This document shows, piece by piece, positions 27,401-40,839 of a DNA stretch of 64,000 bases; the first letter of the stretch is position 1; each line of letters begins with the position of its first letter. A model generated the notes under the pieces. It worked only from the letters and a program-made list of their open reading frames with translations, was not told the origin of the DNA and searched no databases. The position numbers and the translations under genes are program-made. The stretch spans positions 10,717 to 74,716 of the forward strand of contig NEEC01000034.1 of the NCBI GenBank assembly GCA_002189035.1, written 5' to 3'. The stretch is from Utricularia gibba. Its lineage: Eukaryota > Plantae > Magnoliophyta.

Positions 27401-30400
27401 CCGATAACTGTGGACATATTAAAAACAACCTCAACGAAAAGTGTCTTCCGTGTCCTTCCTTGAAGCTTCTCGTGCTCCAACTCATATGGATGGTTGCGAT
27501 AACGTGGACATATTAAAAACAACCTCAACGAAAAGTGTCTTCCGTGTCCTTCCTTGGTGGCTGCGTCTAAGAATGTGCTTCTCGTTCTCGACATTGATGC
27601 AAATGGGATACACGGCAAAAGAATCAAATAGCCACTAGAGACATGGTGTATGGGAATGGTGCATCAAGAATCAGAAGTATCATAGCAACTAATTGAATCA
27701 ATCAACAGCCAAAACATATGGTGTCAAACTTCATCGGATATGCGATCAAGATGGAAAAAAGTCACATGTTACATCATGAATTTCGTGGCATCACTTATCC
27801 CAACACTGTTGTATACTCAGGATATGCGTAAATATTTATTTTTAACAAATCCGGTGCACGTGTGATTTTTCGGCTGCATCCCGAATGGTGATGCGCAATG
27901 AAATGACTATGTCGCACATCCTGGTCCACGAAGCACCTCTTCGAAAACATGTAGAGCCTTACTCTTCATAGCACACCATTGGGAAGCTTTATTCGTGCTC
28001 CAAGTAATATCATATGGAGTTACGTTTTTCCGATAACTGTGGACATATTAAAAACAACCTCAACGAAAAGTGTCTTCCGTGTCCTTCCTTGGTGGCTGCG
28101 TCTAAGAATGTGCTTCTCGTTCTCGACATTGATGCAAATGGGATACACGGCAAAAGAATCAAATAGCCACTAGAGACATGGTGTATGGGAATGGTGCATC
28201 AAGAATCAGAAGTATCATAGCAACTAATTGAATCAATCAACAGCCAAAACATATGGTGTCAAACTTCATCGGATATGCGATCAAGATGGAAAAAAGTCAC
28301 ATGTTACATCATGAATTTCGTGGCATCACTTATCCCAACACTGTTGTATACTCAGGATATGCGTAAATATTTATTTTTAACAAATCCGGTGCACGTGTGA
28401 TTTTTCGGCTGCATCCCGAATGGTGATGCGCAATGAAATGACTATGTCGCACATCCTGGTCCACGAAGCACCTCTTCGAAAACATGTAGAGCCTTACTCT
28501 TCATAGCACACCATTGGGAAGCTTTATTCGTGCTCCAAGTAATATCATATGGAGTTACGTTTTTCCGATAACTGTGGACATATTAAAAACAACCTCAACG
28601 AAAAGTGTCTTCCGTGTCCTTCCTTGGTGGCTGCGTCTAAGAATGTGCTTCTCGTTCTCGACATTGATGCAAATGGGATACACGGCAAAAGAATCAAATA
28701 GCCACTAGAGACATGGTGTATGGGAATGGTGCATCAAGAATCAGAAGTATCATAGCAACTAATTGAATCAATCAACAGCCAAAACATATGGTGTCAAACT
28801 TCATCGGATATGCGATCAAGATGGAAAAAAGTCACATGTTACATCATGAATTTCGTGGCATCACTTATCCCAACACTGTTGTATACTCAGGATATGCGTA
28901 AATATTTATTTTTAACAAATCCGGTGCACGTGTGATTTTTCGGCTGCATCCCGAATGGTGATGCGCAATGAAATGACTATGTCGCACATCCTGGTCCACG
29001 AAGCACCTCTTCGAAAACATGTAGAGCCTTACTCTTCATAGCACACCATTGGGAAGCTTTATTCGTGCTCCAAGTAATATCATATGGAGTTACGTTTTTC
29101 CGATAACTGTGGACATATTAAAAACAACCTCAACGAAAAGTGTCTTCCGTGTCCTTCCTTGGTGGCTGCGTCTAAGAATGTGCTTCTCGTTCTCGACATT
29201 GATGCAAATGGGATACACGGCAAAAGAATCAAATAGCCACTAGAGACATGGTGTATGGGAATGGTGCATCAAGAATCAGAAGTATCATAGCAACTAATTG
29301 AATCAATCAACAGCCAAAACATATGGTGTCAAACTTCATCGGATATGCGATCAAGATGGAAAAAAGTCACATGTTACATCATGAATTTCGTGGCATCACT
29401 TATCCCAACACTGTTGTATACTCAGGATATGCGTAAATATTTATTTTTAACAAATCCGGTGCACGTGTGATTTTTCGGCTGCATCCCGAATGGTGATGCG
29501 CAATGAAATGACTATGTCGCACATCCTGGTCCACGAAGCACCTCTTCGAAACATGTAGAGCCTTACTCTTCATAGCACACCATTGGGAAGCTTTATTCGT
29601 GCTCCAAGTAATATCATATGGAGTTACGTTTTTCCGATAACTGTGGACATATTAAAAACAACCTCAACGAAAAGTGTCTTCCGTGTCCTTCCTTGGTGGC
29701 TGCGTCTAAGAATGTGCTTCTCGTTCTCGACATTGATGCAAATGGGATACACGGCAAAAGAATCAAATAGCCACTAGAGACATGGTGTATGGGAATGGTG
29801 CATCAAGAATCAGAAGTATCATAGCAACTAATTGAATCAATCAACAGCCAAAACATATGGTGTCAAACTTCATCGGATATGCGATCAAGATGGAAAAAAG
29901 TCACATGTTACATCATGAATTTCGTGGCATCACTTATCCCAACACTGTTGTATACTCAGGATATGCGTAAATATTTATTTTTAACAAATCCGGTGCACGT
30001 GTGATTTTTCGGCTGCATCCCGAATGGTGATGCGCAATGAAATGACTATGTCGCACATCCTGGTCCACGAAGCACCTCTTCGAAAACATGTAGAGCCTTA
30101 CTCTTCATAGCACACCATTGGGAAGCTTTATTCGTGCTCCAAGTAATATCATATGGAGTTACGTTTTTCCGATAACTGTGGACATATTAAAAACAACCTC
30201 AACGAAAAGTGTCTTCCGTGTCCTTCCTTGGTGGCTGCGTCTAAGAATGTGCTTCTCGTTCTCGACATTGATGCAAATGGGATACACGGCAAAAGAATCA
30301 AATAGCCACTAGAGACATGGTGTATGGGAATGGTGCATCAAGAATCAGAAGTATCATAGCAACTAATTGAATCAATCAACAGCCAAAACATATGGTGTCA

Positions 30401-31614
30401 AACTTCATCGGATATGCGATCAAGATGGAAAAAAGTCACATGTTACATCATGAATTTCGTGGCATCACTTATCCCAACACTGTTGTATACTCAGGATATG
30501 CGTAAATATTTATTTTTAACAAATCCGGTGCACGTGTGATTTTTCGGCTGCATCCCGAATGGTGATGCGCAATGAAATGACTATGTCGCACATCCTGGTC
30601 CACGAAGCACCTCTTCGAAAACATGTAGAGCCTTACTCTTCATAGCACACCATTGGGAAGCTTTATTCGTGCTCCAAGTAATATCATATGGAGTTACGTT
30701 TTTCCGATAACTGTGGACATATTAAAAACAACCTCAACGAAAAGTGTCTTCCGTGTCCTTCCTTGGTGGCTGCGTCTAAGAATGTGCTTCTCGTTCTCGA
30801 CATTGATGCAAATGGGATACACGGCAAAAGAATCAAATAGCCACTAGAGACATGGTGTATGGGAATGGTGCATCAAGAATCAGAAGTATCATAGCAACTA
30901 ATTGAATCAATCAACAGCCAAAACATATGGTGTCAAACTTCATCGGATATGCGATCAAGATGGAAAAAAGTCACATGTTACATCATGAATTTCGTGGCAT
31001 CACTTATCCCAACACTGTTGTATACTCAGGATATGCGTAAATATTTATTTTTAACAAATCCGGTGCACGTGTGATTTTTCGGCTGCATCCCGAATGGTGA
31101 TGCGCAATGAAATGACTATGTCGCACATCCTGGTCCACGAAGCACCTCTTCGAAACATGTAGAGCCTTACTCTTCATAGCACACCATTGGGAAGCTTTAT
31201 TCGTGCTCCAAGTAATATCATATGGAGTTACGTTTTTCCGATAACTGTGGACATATTAAAAACAACCTCAACGAAAAGTGTCTTCCGTGTCCTTCCTTGG
31301 TGGCTGCGTCTAAGAATGTGCTTCTCGTTCTCGACATTGATGCAAATGGGATACACGGCAAAAGAATCAAATAGCCACTAGAGACATGGTGTATGGGAAT
31401 GGTGCATCAAGAATCAGAAGTATCATAGCAACTAATTGAATCAATCAACAGCCAAAACATATGGTGTCAAACTTCATCGGATATGCGATCAAGATGGAAA
31501 AAAGTCACATGTTACATCATGAATTTCGTGGCATCACTTATCCCAACACTGTTGTATACTCAGGATATGCGTAAATATTTATTTTTAACAAATCCGGTGC
31601 ACGTGTGATTTTTC

Positions 31615-34600
31615 GGCTGCATCCCGAATGGTGATGCGCAATGAAATGACTATGTCGCACATCCTGGTCCACGAAGCACCTCTTCGAAAACATGTAGAGC
31701 CTTACTCTTCATAGCACACCATTGGGAAGCTTTATTCGTGCTCCAAGTAATATCATATGGAGTTACGTTTTTCCGATAACTGTGGACATATTAAAAACAA
31801 CCTCAACGAAAAGTGTCTTCCGTGTCCTTCCTTGGTGGCTGCGTCTAAGAATGTGCTTCTCGTTCTCGACATTGATGCAAATGGGATACACGGCAAAAGA
31901 ATCAAATAGCCACTAGAGACATGGTGTATGGGAATGGTGCATCAAGAATCAGAAGTATCATAGCAACTAATTGAATCAATCAACAGCCAAAACATATGGT
32001 GTCAAACTTCATCGGATATGCGATCAAGATGGAAAAAAGTCACATGTTACATCATGAATTTCGTGGCATCACTTATCCCAACACTGTTGTATACTCAGGA
32101 TATGCGTAAATATTTATTTTTAACAAATCCGGTGCACGTGTGATTTTTCGGCTGCATCCCGAATGGTGATGCGCAATGAAATGACTATGTCGCACATCCT
32201 GGTCCACGAAGCACCTCTTCGAAAACATGTAGAGCCTTACTCTTCATAGCACACCATTGGGAAGCTTTATTCGTGCTCCAAGTAATATCATATGGAGTTA
32301 CGTTTTTCCGATAACTGTGGACATATTAAAAACAACCTCAACGAAAAGTGTCTTCCGTGTCCTTCCTTGGTGGCTGCGTCTAAGAATGTGCTTCTCGTTC
32401 TCGACATTGATGCAAATGGGATACACGGCAAAAGAATCAAATAGCCACTAGAGACATGGTGTATGGGAATGGTGCATCAAGAATCAGAAGTATCATAGCA
32501 ACTAATTGAATCAATCAACAGCCAAAACATATGGTGTCAAACTTCATCGGATATGCGATCAAGATGGAAAAAAGTCACATGTTACATCATGAATTTCGTG
32601 GCATCACTTATCCCAACACTGTTGTATACTCAGGATATGCGTAAATATTTATTTTTAACAAATCCGGTGCACGTGTGATTTTTCGGCTGCATCCCGAATG
32701 GTGATGCGCAATGAAATGACTATGTCGCACATCCTGGTCCACGAAGCACCTCTTCGAAAACATGTAGAGCCTTACTCTTCATAGCACACCATTGGGAAGC
32801 TTTATTCGTGCTCCAAGTAATATCATATGGAGTTACGTTTTTCCGATAACTGTGGACATATTAAAAACAACCTCAACGAAAAGTGTCTTCCGTGTCCTTC
32901 CTTGGTGGCTGCGTCTAAGAATGTGCTTCTCGTTCTCGACATTGATGCAAATGGGATACACGGCAAAAGAATCAAATAGCCACTAGAGACATGGTGTATG
33001 GGAATGGTGCATCAAGAATCAGAAGTATCATAGCAACTAATTGAATCAATCAACAGCCAAAACATATGGTGTCAAACTTCATCGGATATGCGATCAAGAT
33101 GGAAAAAAGTCACATGTTACATCATGAATTTCGTGGCATCACTTATCCCAACACTGTTGTATACTCAGGATATGCGTAAATATTTATTTTTAACAAATCC
33201 GGTGCACGTGTGATTTTTCGGCTGCATCCCGAATGGTGATGCGCAATGAAATGACTATGTCGCACATCCTGGTCCACGAAGCACCTCTTCGAAAACATGT
33301 AGAGCCTTACTCTTCATAGCACACCATTGGGAAGCTTTATTCGTGCTCCAAGTAATATCATATGGAGTTACGTTTTTCCGATAACTGTGGACATATTAAA
33401 AACAACCTCAACGAAAAGTGTCTTCCGTGTCCTTCCTTGGTGGCTGCGTCTAAGAATGTGCTTCTCGTTCTCGACATTGATGCAAATGGGATACACGGCA
33501 AAAGAATCAAATAGCCACTAGAGACATGGTGTATGGGAATGGTGCATCAAGAATCAGAAGTATCATAGCAACTAATTGAATCAATCAACAGCCAAAACAT
33601 ATGGTGTCAAACTTCATCGGATATGCGATCAAGATGGAAAAAAGTCACATGTTACATCATGAATTTCGTGGCATCACTTATCCCAACACTGTTGTATACT
33701 CAGGATATGCGTAAATATTTATTTTTAACAAATCCGGTGCACGTGTGATTTTTCGGCTGCATCCCGAATGGTGATGCGCAATGAAATGACTATGTCGCAC
33801 ATCCTGGTCCACGAAGCACCTCTTCGAAAACATGTAGAGCCTTACTCTTCATAGCACACCATTGGGAAGCTTTATTCGTGCTCCAAGTAATATCATATGG
33901 AGTTACGTTTTTCCGATAACTGTGGACATATTAAAAACAACCTCAACGAAAAGTGTCTTCCGTGTCCTTCCTTGGTGGCTGCGTCTAAGAATGTGCTTCT
34001 CGTTCTCGACATTGATGCAAATGGGATACACGGCAAAAGAATCAAATAGCCACTAGAGACATGGTGTATGGGAATGGTGCATCAAGAATCAGAAGTATCA
34101 TAGCAACTAATTGAATCAATCAACAGCCAAAACATATGGTGTCAAACTTCATCGGATATGCGATCAAGATGGAAAAAAGTCACATGTTACATCATGAATT
34201 TCGTGGCATCACTTATCCCAACACTGTTGTATACTCAGGATATGCGTAAATATTTATTTTTAACAAATCCGGTGCACGTGTGATTTTTCGGCTGCATCCC
34301 GAATGGTGATGCGCAATGAAATGACTATGTCGCACATCCTGGTCCACGAAGCACCTCTTCGAAAACATGTAGAGCCTTACTCTTCATAGCACACCATTGG
34401 GAAGCTTTATTCGTGCTCCAAGTAATATCATATGGAGTTACGTTTTTCCGATAACTGTGGACATATTAAAAACAACCTCAACGAAAAGTGTCTTCCGTGT
34501 CCTTCCTTGGTGGCTGCGTCTAAGAATGTGCTTCTCGTTCTCGACATTGATGCAAATGGGATACACGGCAAAAGAATCAAATAGCCACTAGAGACATGGT

Positions 34601-36964
34601 GTATGGGAATGGTGCATCAAGAATCAGAAGTATCATAGCAACTAATTGAATCAATCAACAGCCAAAACATATGGTGTCAAACTTCATCGGATATGCGATC
34701 AAGATGGAAAAAAGTCACATGTTACATCATGAATTTCGTGGCATCACTTATCCCAACACTGTTGTATACTCAGGATATGCGTAAATATTTATTTTTAACA
34801 AATCCGGTGCACGTGTGATTTTTCGGCTGCATCCCGAATGGTGATGCGCAATGAAATGACTATGTCGCACATCCTGGTCCACGAAGCACCTCTTCGAAAA
34901 CATGTAGAGCCTTACTCTTCATAGCACACCATTGGGAAGCTTTATTCGTGCTCCAAGTAATATCATATGGAGTTACGTTTTTCCGATAACTGTGGACATA
35001 TTAAAAACAACCTCAACGAAAAGTGTCTTCCGTGTCCTTCCTTGGTGGCTGCGTCTAAGAATGTGCTTCTCGTTCTCGACATTGATGCAAATGGGATACA
35101 CGGCAAAAGAATCAAATAGCCACTAGAGACATGGTGTATGGGAATGGTGCATCAAGAATCAGAAGTATCATAGCAACTAATTGAATCAATCAACAGCCAA
35201 AACATATGGTGTCAAACTTCATCGGATATGCGATCAAGATGGAAAAAAGTCACATGTTACATCATGAATTTCGTGGCATCACTTATCCCAACACTGTTGT
35301 ATACTCAGGATATGCGTAAATATTTATTTTTAACAAATCCGGTGCACGTGTGATTTTTCGGCTGCATCCCGAATGGTGATGCGCAATGAAATGACTATGT
35401 CGCACATCCTGGTCCACGAAGCACCTCTTCGAAAACATGTAGAGCCTTACTCTTCATAGCACACCATTGGGAAGCTTTATTCGTGCTCCAAGTAATATCA
35501 TATGGAGTTACGTTTTTCCGATAACTGTGGACATATTAAAAACAACCTCAACGAAAAGTGTCTTCCGTGTCCTTCCTTGGTGGCTGCGTCTAAGAATGTG
35601 CTTCTCGTTCTCGACATTGATGCAAATGGGATACACGGCAAAAGAATCAAATAGCCACTAGAGACATGGTGTATGGGAATGGTGCATCAAGAATCAGAAG
35701 TATCATAGCAACTAATTGAATCAATCAACAGCCAAAACATATGGTGTCAAACTTCATCGGATATGCGATCAAGATGGAAAAAAGTCACATGTTACATCAT
35801 GAATTTCGTGGCATCACTTATCCCAACACTGTTGTATACTCAGGATATGCGTAAATATTTATTTTTAACAAATCCGGTGCACGTGTGATTTTTCGGCTGC
35901 ATCCCGAATGGTGATGCGCAATGAAATGACTATGTCGCACATCCTGGTCCACGAAGCACCTCTTCGAAAACATGTAGAGCCTTACTCTTCATAGCACACC
36001 ATTGGGAAGCTTTATTCGTGCTCCAAGTAATATCATATGGAGTTACGTTTTTCCGATAACTGTGGACATATTAAAAACAACCTCAACGAAAAGTGTCTTC
36101 CGTGTCCTTCCTTGGTGGCTGCGTCTAAGAATGTGCTTCTCGTTCTCGACATTGATGCAAATGGGATACACGGCAAAAGAATCAAATAGCCACTAGAGAC
36201 ATGGTGTATGGGAATGGTGCATCAAGAATCAGAAGTATCATAGCAACTAATTGAATCAATCAACAGCCAAAACATATGGTGTCAAACTTCATCGGATATG
36301 CGATCAAGATGGAAAAAAGTCACATGTTACATCATGAATTTCGTGGCATCACTTATCCCAACACTGTTGTATACTCAGGATATGCGTAAATATTTATTTT
36401 TAACAAATCCGGTGCACGTGTGATTTTTCGGCTGCATCCCGAATGGTGATGCGCAATGAAATGACTATGTCGCACATCCTGGTCCACGAAGCACCTCTTC
36501 GAAAACATGTAGAGCCTTACTCTTCATAGCACACCATTGGGAAGCTTTATTCGTGCTCCAAGTAATATCATATGGAGTTACGTTTTTCCGATAACTGTGG
36601 ACATATTAAAAACAACCTCAACGAAAAGTGTCTTCCGTGTCCTTCCTTGGTGGCTGCGTCTAAGAATGTGCTTCTCGTTCTCGACATTGATGCAAATGGG
36701 ATACACGGCAAAAGAATCAAATAGCCACTAGAGACATGGTGTATGGGAATGGTGCATCAAGAATCAGAAGTATCATAGCAACTAATTGAATCAATCAACA
36801 GCCAAAACATATGGTGTCAAACTTCATCGGATATGCGATCAAGATGGAAAAAAGTCACATGTTACATCATGAATTTCGTGGCATCACTTATCCCAACACT
36901 GTTGTATACTCAGGATATGCGTAAATATTTATTTTTAACAAATCCGGTGCACGTGTGATTTTTC
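31615..36964. repeat. Block of 10 consecutive exact-length (535-bp), apparently identical copies
   Basis: ORF starts at 31722, 32257, ... 36537 are spaced exactly 535 bp apart, and I saw no differences on reading. Confidence 0.9.
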
Positions 36965-37353
36965 GGCTGCATCCCGAATGGTGATGCGCAATGAAATGAC
37001 ATAACTGTGGACATATTAAAAACAACCTCAACGAAAAGTGTCTTCCGTGTCCTTCCTTGGTGGCTGCGTCTAAGATTGATGCAAATGGGATACACGGCAA
37101 AAGAATCAAATAGCCACTAGAGACATGGTGTATGGGAATGGTGCATCAAGAATCAGAAGTATCATAGCAACTAATTGAATCAATCAACAGCCAAAACATA
37201 TGGTGTCAAACTTCATCGGATATGCGATCAAGATGGAAAAAAGTCACATGTTACATCATGAATTTCGTGGCATCACTTATCCCAACACTGTTGTATACTC
37301 AGGATATGCGTAAATATTTATTTTTAACAAATCCGGTGCACGTGTGATTTTTC
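36965..37353 (+). other. Shortened 389-bp copy lacking unit 37-161 and about 237-257
   Basis: Junctions GAAATGAC|ATAACTG at 37000/37001 and TAAGA|TTGAT at about 37075. The period deficit is 146 bp (36537 to 37461 = 924). Confidence 0.9.
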
Positions 37354-40027
37354 GGCTGCATCCCGAATGGTGATGCGCAATGAAATGACTATGTCGCACA
37401 TCCTGGTCCACGAAGCACCTCTTCGAAAACATGTAGAGCCTTACTCTTCATAGCACACCATTGGGAAGCTTTATTCGTGCTCCAAGTAATATCATATGGA
37501 GTTACGTTTTTCCGATAACTGTGGACATATTAAAAACAACCTCAACGAAAAGTGTCTTCCGTGTCCTTCCTTGGTGGCTGCGTCTAAGAATGTGCTTCTC
37601 GTTCTCGACATTGATGCAAATGGGATACACGGCAAAAGAATCAAATAGCCACTAGAGACATGGTGTATGGGAATGGTGCATCAAGAATCAGAAGTATCAT
37701 AGCAACTAATTGAATCAATCAACAGCCAAAACATATGGTGTCAAACTTCATCGGATATGCGATCAAGATGGAAAAAAGTCACATGTTACATCATGAATTT
37801 CGTGGCATCACTTATCCCAACACTGTTGTATACTCAGGATATGCGTAAATATTTATTTTTAACAAATCCGGTGCACGTGTGATTTTTCGGCTGCATCCCG
37901 AATGGTGATGCGCAATGAAATGACTATGTCGCACATCCTGGTCCACGAAGCACCTCTTCGAAAACATGTAGAGCCTTACTCTTCATAGCACACCATTGGG
38001 AAGCTTTATTCGTGCTCCAAGTAATATCATATGGAGTTACGTTTTTCCGATAACTGTGGACATATTAAAAACAACCTCAACGAAAAGTGTCTTCCGTGTC
38101 CTTCCTTGGTGGCTGCGTCTAAGAATGTGCTTCTCGTTCTCGACATTGATGCAAATGGGATACACGGCAAAAGAATCAAATAGCCACTAGAGACATGGTG
38201 TATGGGAATGGTGCATCAAGAATCAGAAGTATCATAGCAACTAATTGAATCAATCAACAGCCAAAACATATGGTGTCAAACTTCATCGGATATGCGATCA
38301 AGATGGAAAAAAGTCACATGTTACATCATGAATTTCGTGGCATCACTTATCCCAACACTGTTGTATACTCAGGATATGCGTAAATATTTATTTTTAACAA
38401 ATCCGGTGCACGTGTGATTTTTCGGCTGCATCCCGAATGGTGATGCGCAATGAAATGACTATGTCGCACATCCTGGTCCACGAAGCACCTCTTCGAAACA
38501 TGTAGAGCCTTACTCTTCATAGCACACCATTGGGAAGCTTTATTCGTGCTCCAAGTAATATCATATGGAGTTACGTTTTTCCGATAACTGTGGACATATT
38601 AAAAACAACCTCAACGAAAAGTGTCTTCCGTGTCCTTCCTTGGTGGCTGCGTCTAAGAATGTGCTTCTCGTTCTCGACATTGATGCAAATGGGATACACG
38701 GCAAAAGAATCAAATAGCCACTAGAGACATGGTGTATGGGAATGGTGCATCAAGAATCAGAAGTATCATAGCAACTAATTGAATCAATCAACAGCCAAAA
38801 CATATGGTGTCAAACTTCATCGGATATGCGATCAAGATGGAAAAAAGTCACATGTTACATCATGAATTTCGTGGCATCACTTATCCCAACACTGTTGTAT
38901 ACTCAGGATATGCGTAAATATTTATTTTTAACAAATCCGGTGCACGTGTGATTTTTCGGCTGCATCCCGAATGGTGATGCGCAATGAAATGACTATGTCG
39001 CACATCCTGGTCCACGAAGCACCTCTTCGAAAACATGTAGAGCCTTACTCTTCATAGCACACCATTGGGAAGCTTTATTCGTGCTCCAAGTAATATCATA
39101 TGGAGTTACGTTTTTCCGATAACTGTGGACATATTAAAAACAACCTCAACGAAAAGTGTCTTCCGTGTCCTTCCTTGGTGGCTGCGTCTAAGAATGTGCT
39201 TCTCGTTCTCGACATTGATGCAAATGGGATACACGGCAAAAGAATCAAATAGCCACTAGAGACATGGTGTATGGGAATGGTGCATCAAGAATCAGAAGTA
39301 TCATAGCAACTAATTGAATCAATCAACAGCCAAAACATATGGTGTCAAACTTCATCGGATATGCGATCAAGATGGAAAAAAGTCACATGTTACATCATGA
39401 ATTTCGTGGCATCACTTATCCCAACACTGTTGTATACTCAGGATATGCGTAAATATTTATTTTTAACAAATCCGGTGCACGTGTGATTTTTCGGCTGCAT
39501 CCCGAATGGTGATGCGCAATGAAATGACTATGTCGCACATCCTGGTCCACGAAGCACCTCTTCGAAAACATGTAGAGCCTTACTCTTCATAGCACACCAT
39601 TGGGAAGCTTTATTCGTGCTCCAAGTAATATCATATGGAGTTACGTTTTTCCGATAACTGTGGACATATTAAAAACAACCTCAACGAAAAGTGTCTTCCG
39701 TGTCCTTCCTTGGTGGCTGCGTCTAAGAATGTGCTTCTCGTTCTCGACATTGATGCAAATGGGATACACGGCAAAAGAATCAAATAGCCACTAGAGACAT
39801 GGTGTATGGGAATGGTGCATCAAGAATCAGAAGTATCATAGCAACTAATTGAATCAATCAACAGCCAAAACATATGGTGTCAAACTTCATCGGATATGCG
39901 ATCAAGATGGAAAAAAGTCACATGTTACATCATGAATTTCGTGGCATCACTTATCCCAACACTGTTGTATACTCAGGATATGCGTAAATATTTATTTTTA
40001 ACAAATCCGGTGCACGTGTGATTTTTC

Positions 40028-40839
40028 GGCTGCATCCCGAATGGTGATGCGCAATGAAATGACTATGTCGCACATCCTGGTCCACGAAGCACCTCTTCGA
40101 AAACATGTAGAGCCTTACTCTTCATAGCACACCATTGGGAAGCTTTATTCGTGCTCCAAGTAATATCATATGGAGTTACGTTTTTCCGATAACTGTGGAC
40201 ATATTAAAAACAACCTCAACGAAAAGTGTCTTCCGTGTCCTTCCTTGGTGGCTGCGTCTAAGAATGTCTTCTCGATCAAGATGGAAAAAAGTCACATGTT
40301 ACATCATGAATTTCGTGGCATCACTTATCCCAACACTGTTGTATACTCAGGATATGCGTAAATATTTATTTTTAACAAATCCGGTGCACGTGTGATTTTT
40401 CGGCTGCATCCCGAATGGTGATGCGCAATGAAATGACTATGTCGCACATCCTGGTCCACGAAGCACCTCTTCGGCACACCATTGGGAAGCTTTATTCGTG
40501 CTCCAAGTAATATCATATGGAGTTACGTTTTTCCGATAACTGTGGACATATTAAAAACAACCTCAACGAAAAGTGTCTTCCGTGTCAAGAATCAAATAGC
40601 CACTAGAGACATGGTGTATGGGAATGGTGCATCAAGAATCAGAAGTATCATAGCAACTAATTGAATCAATCAACAGCCAAAACATATGGTGTCAAACTTC
40701 ATCGGATATGCGATCAAGATGGAAAAAAGTCACATGTTACATCATGAATTTCGTGGCATCACTTATCCCAACACTGTTGTATACTCAGGATATGCGTAAA
40801 TATTTATTTTTAACAAATCCGGTGCACGTGTGATTTTTC
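40028..40839 (+). other. Two consecutive shortened copies (deletions of about 160, 27 and 70 bp)
   Basis: CTTCTCG|ATCAAG at about 40274, CTCTTCG|GCACACC at about 40473, CCGTGTC|AAGAATC at about 40586. Local periods are 347 and 465 bp. Confidence 0.9.
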
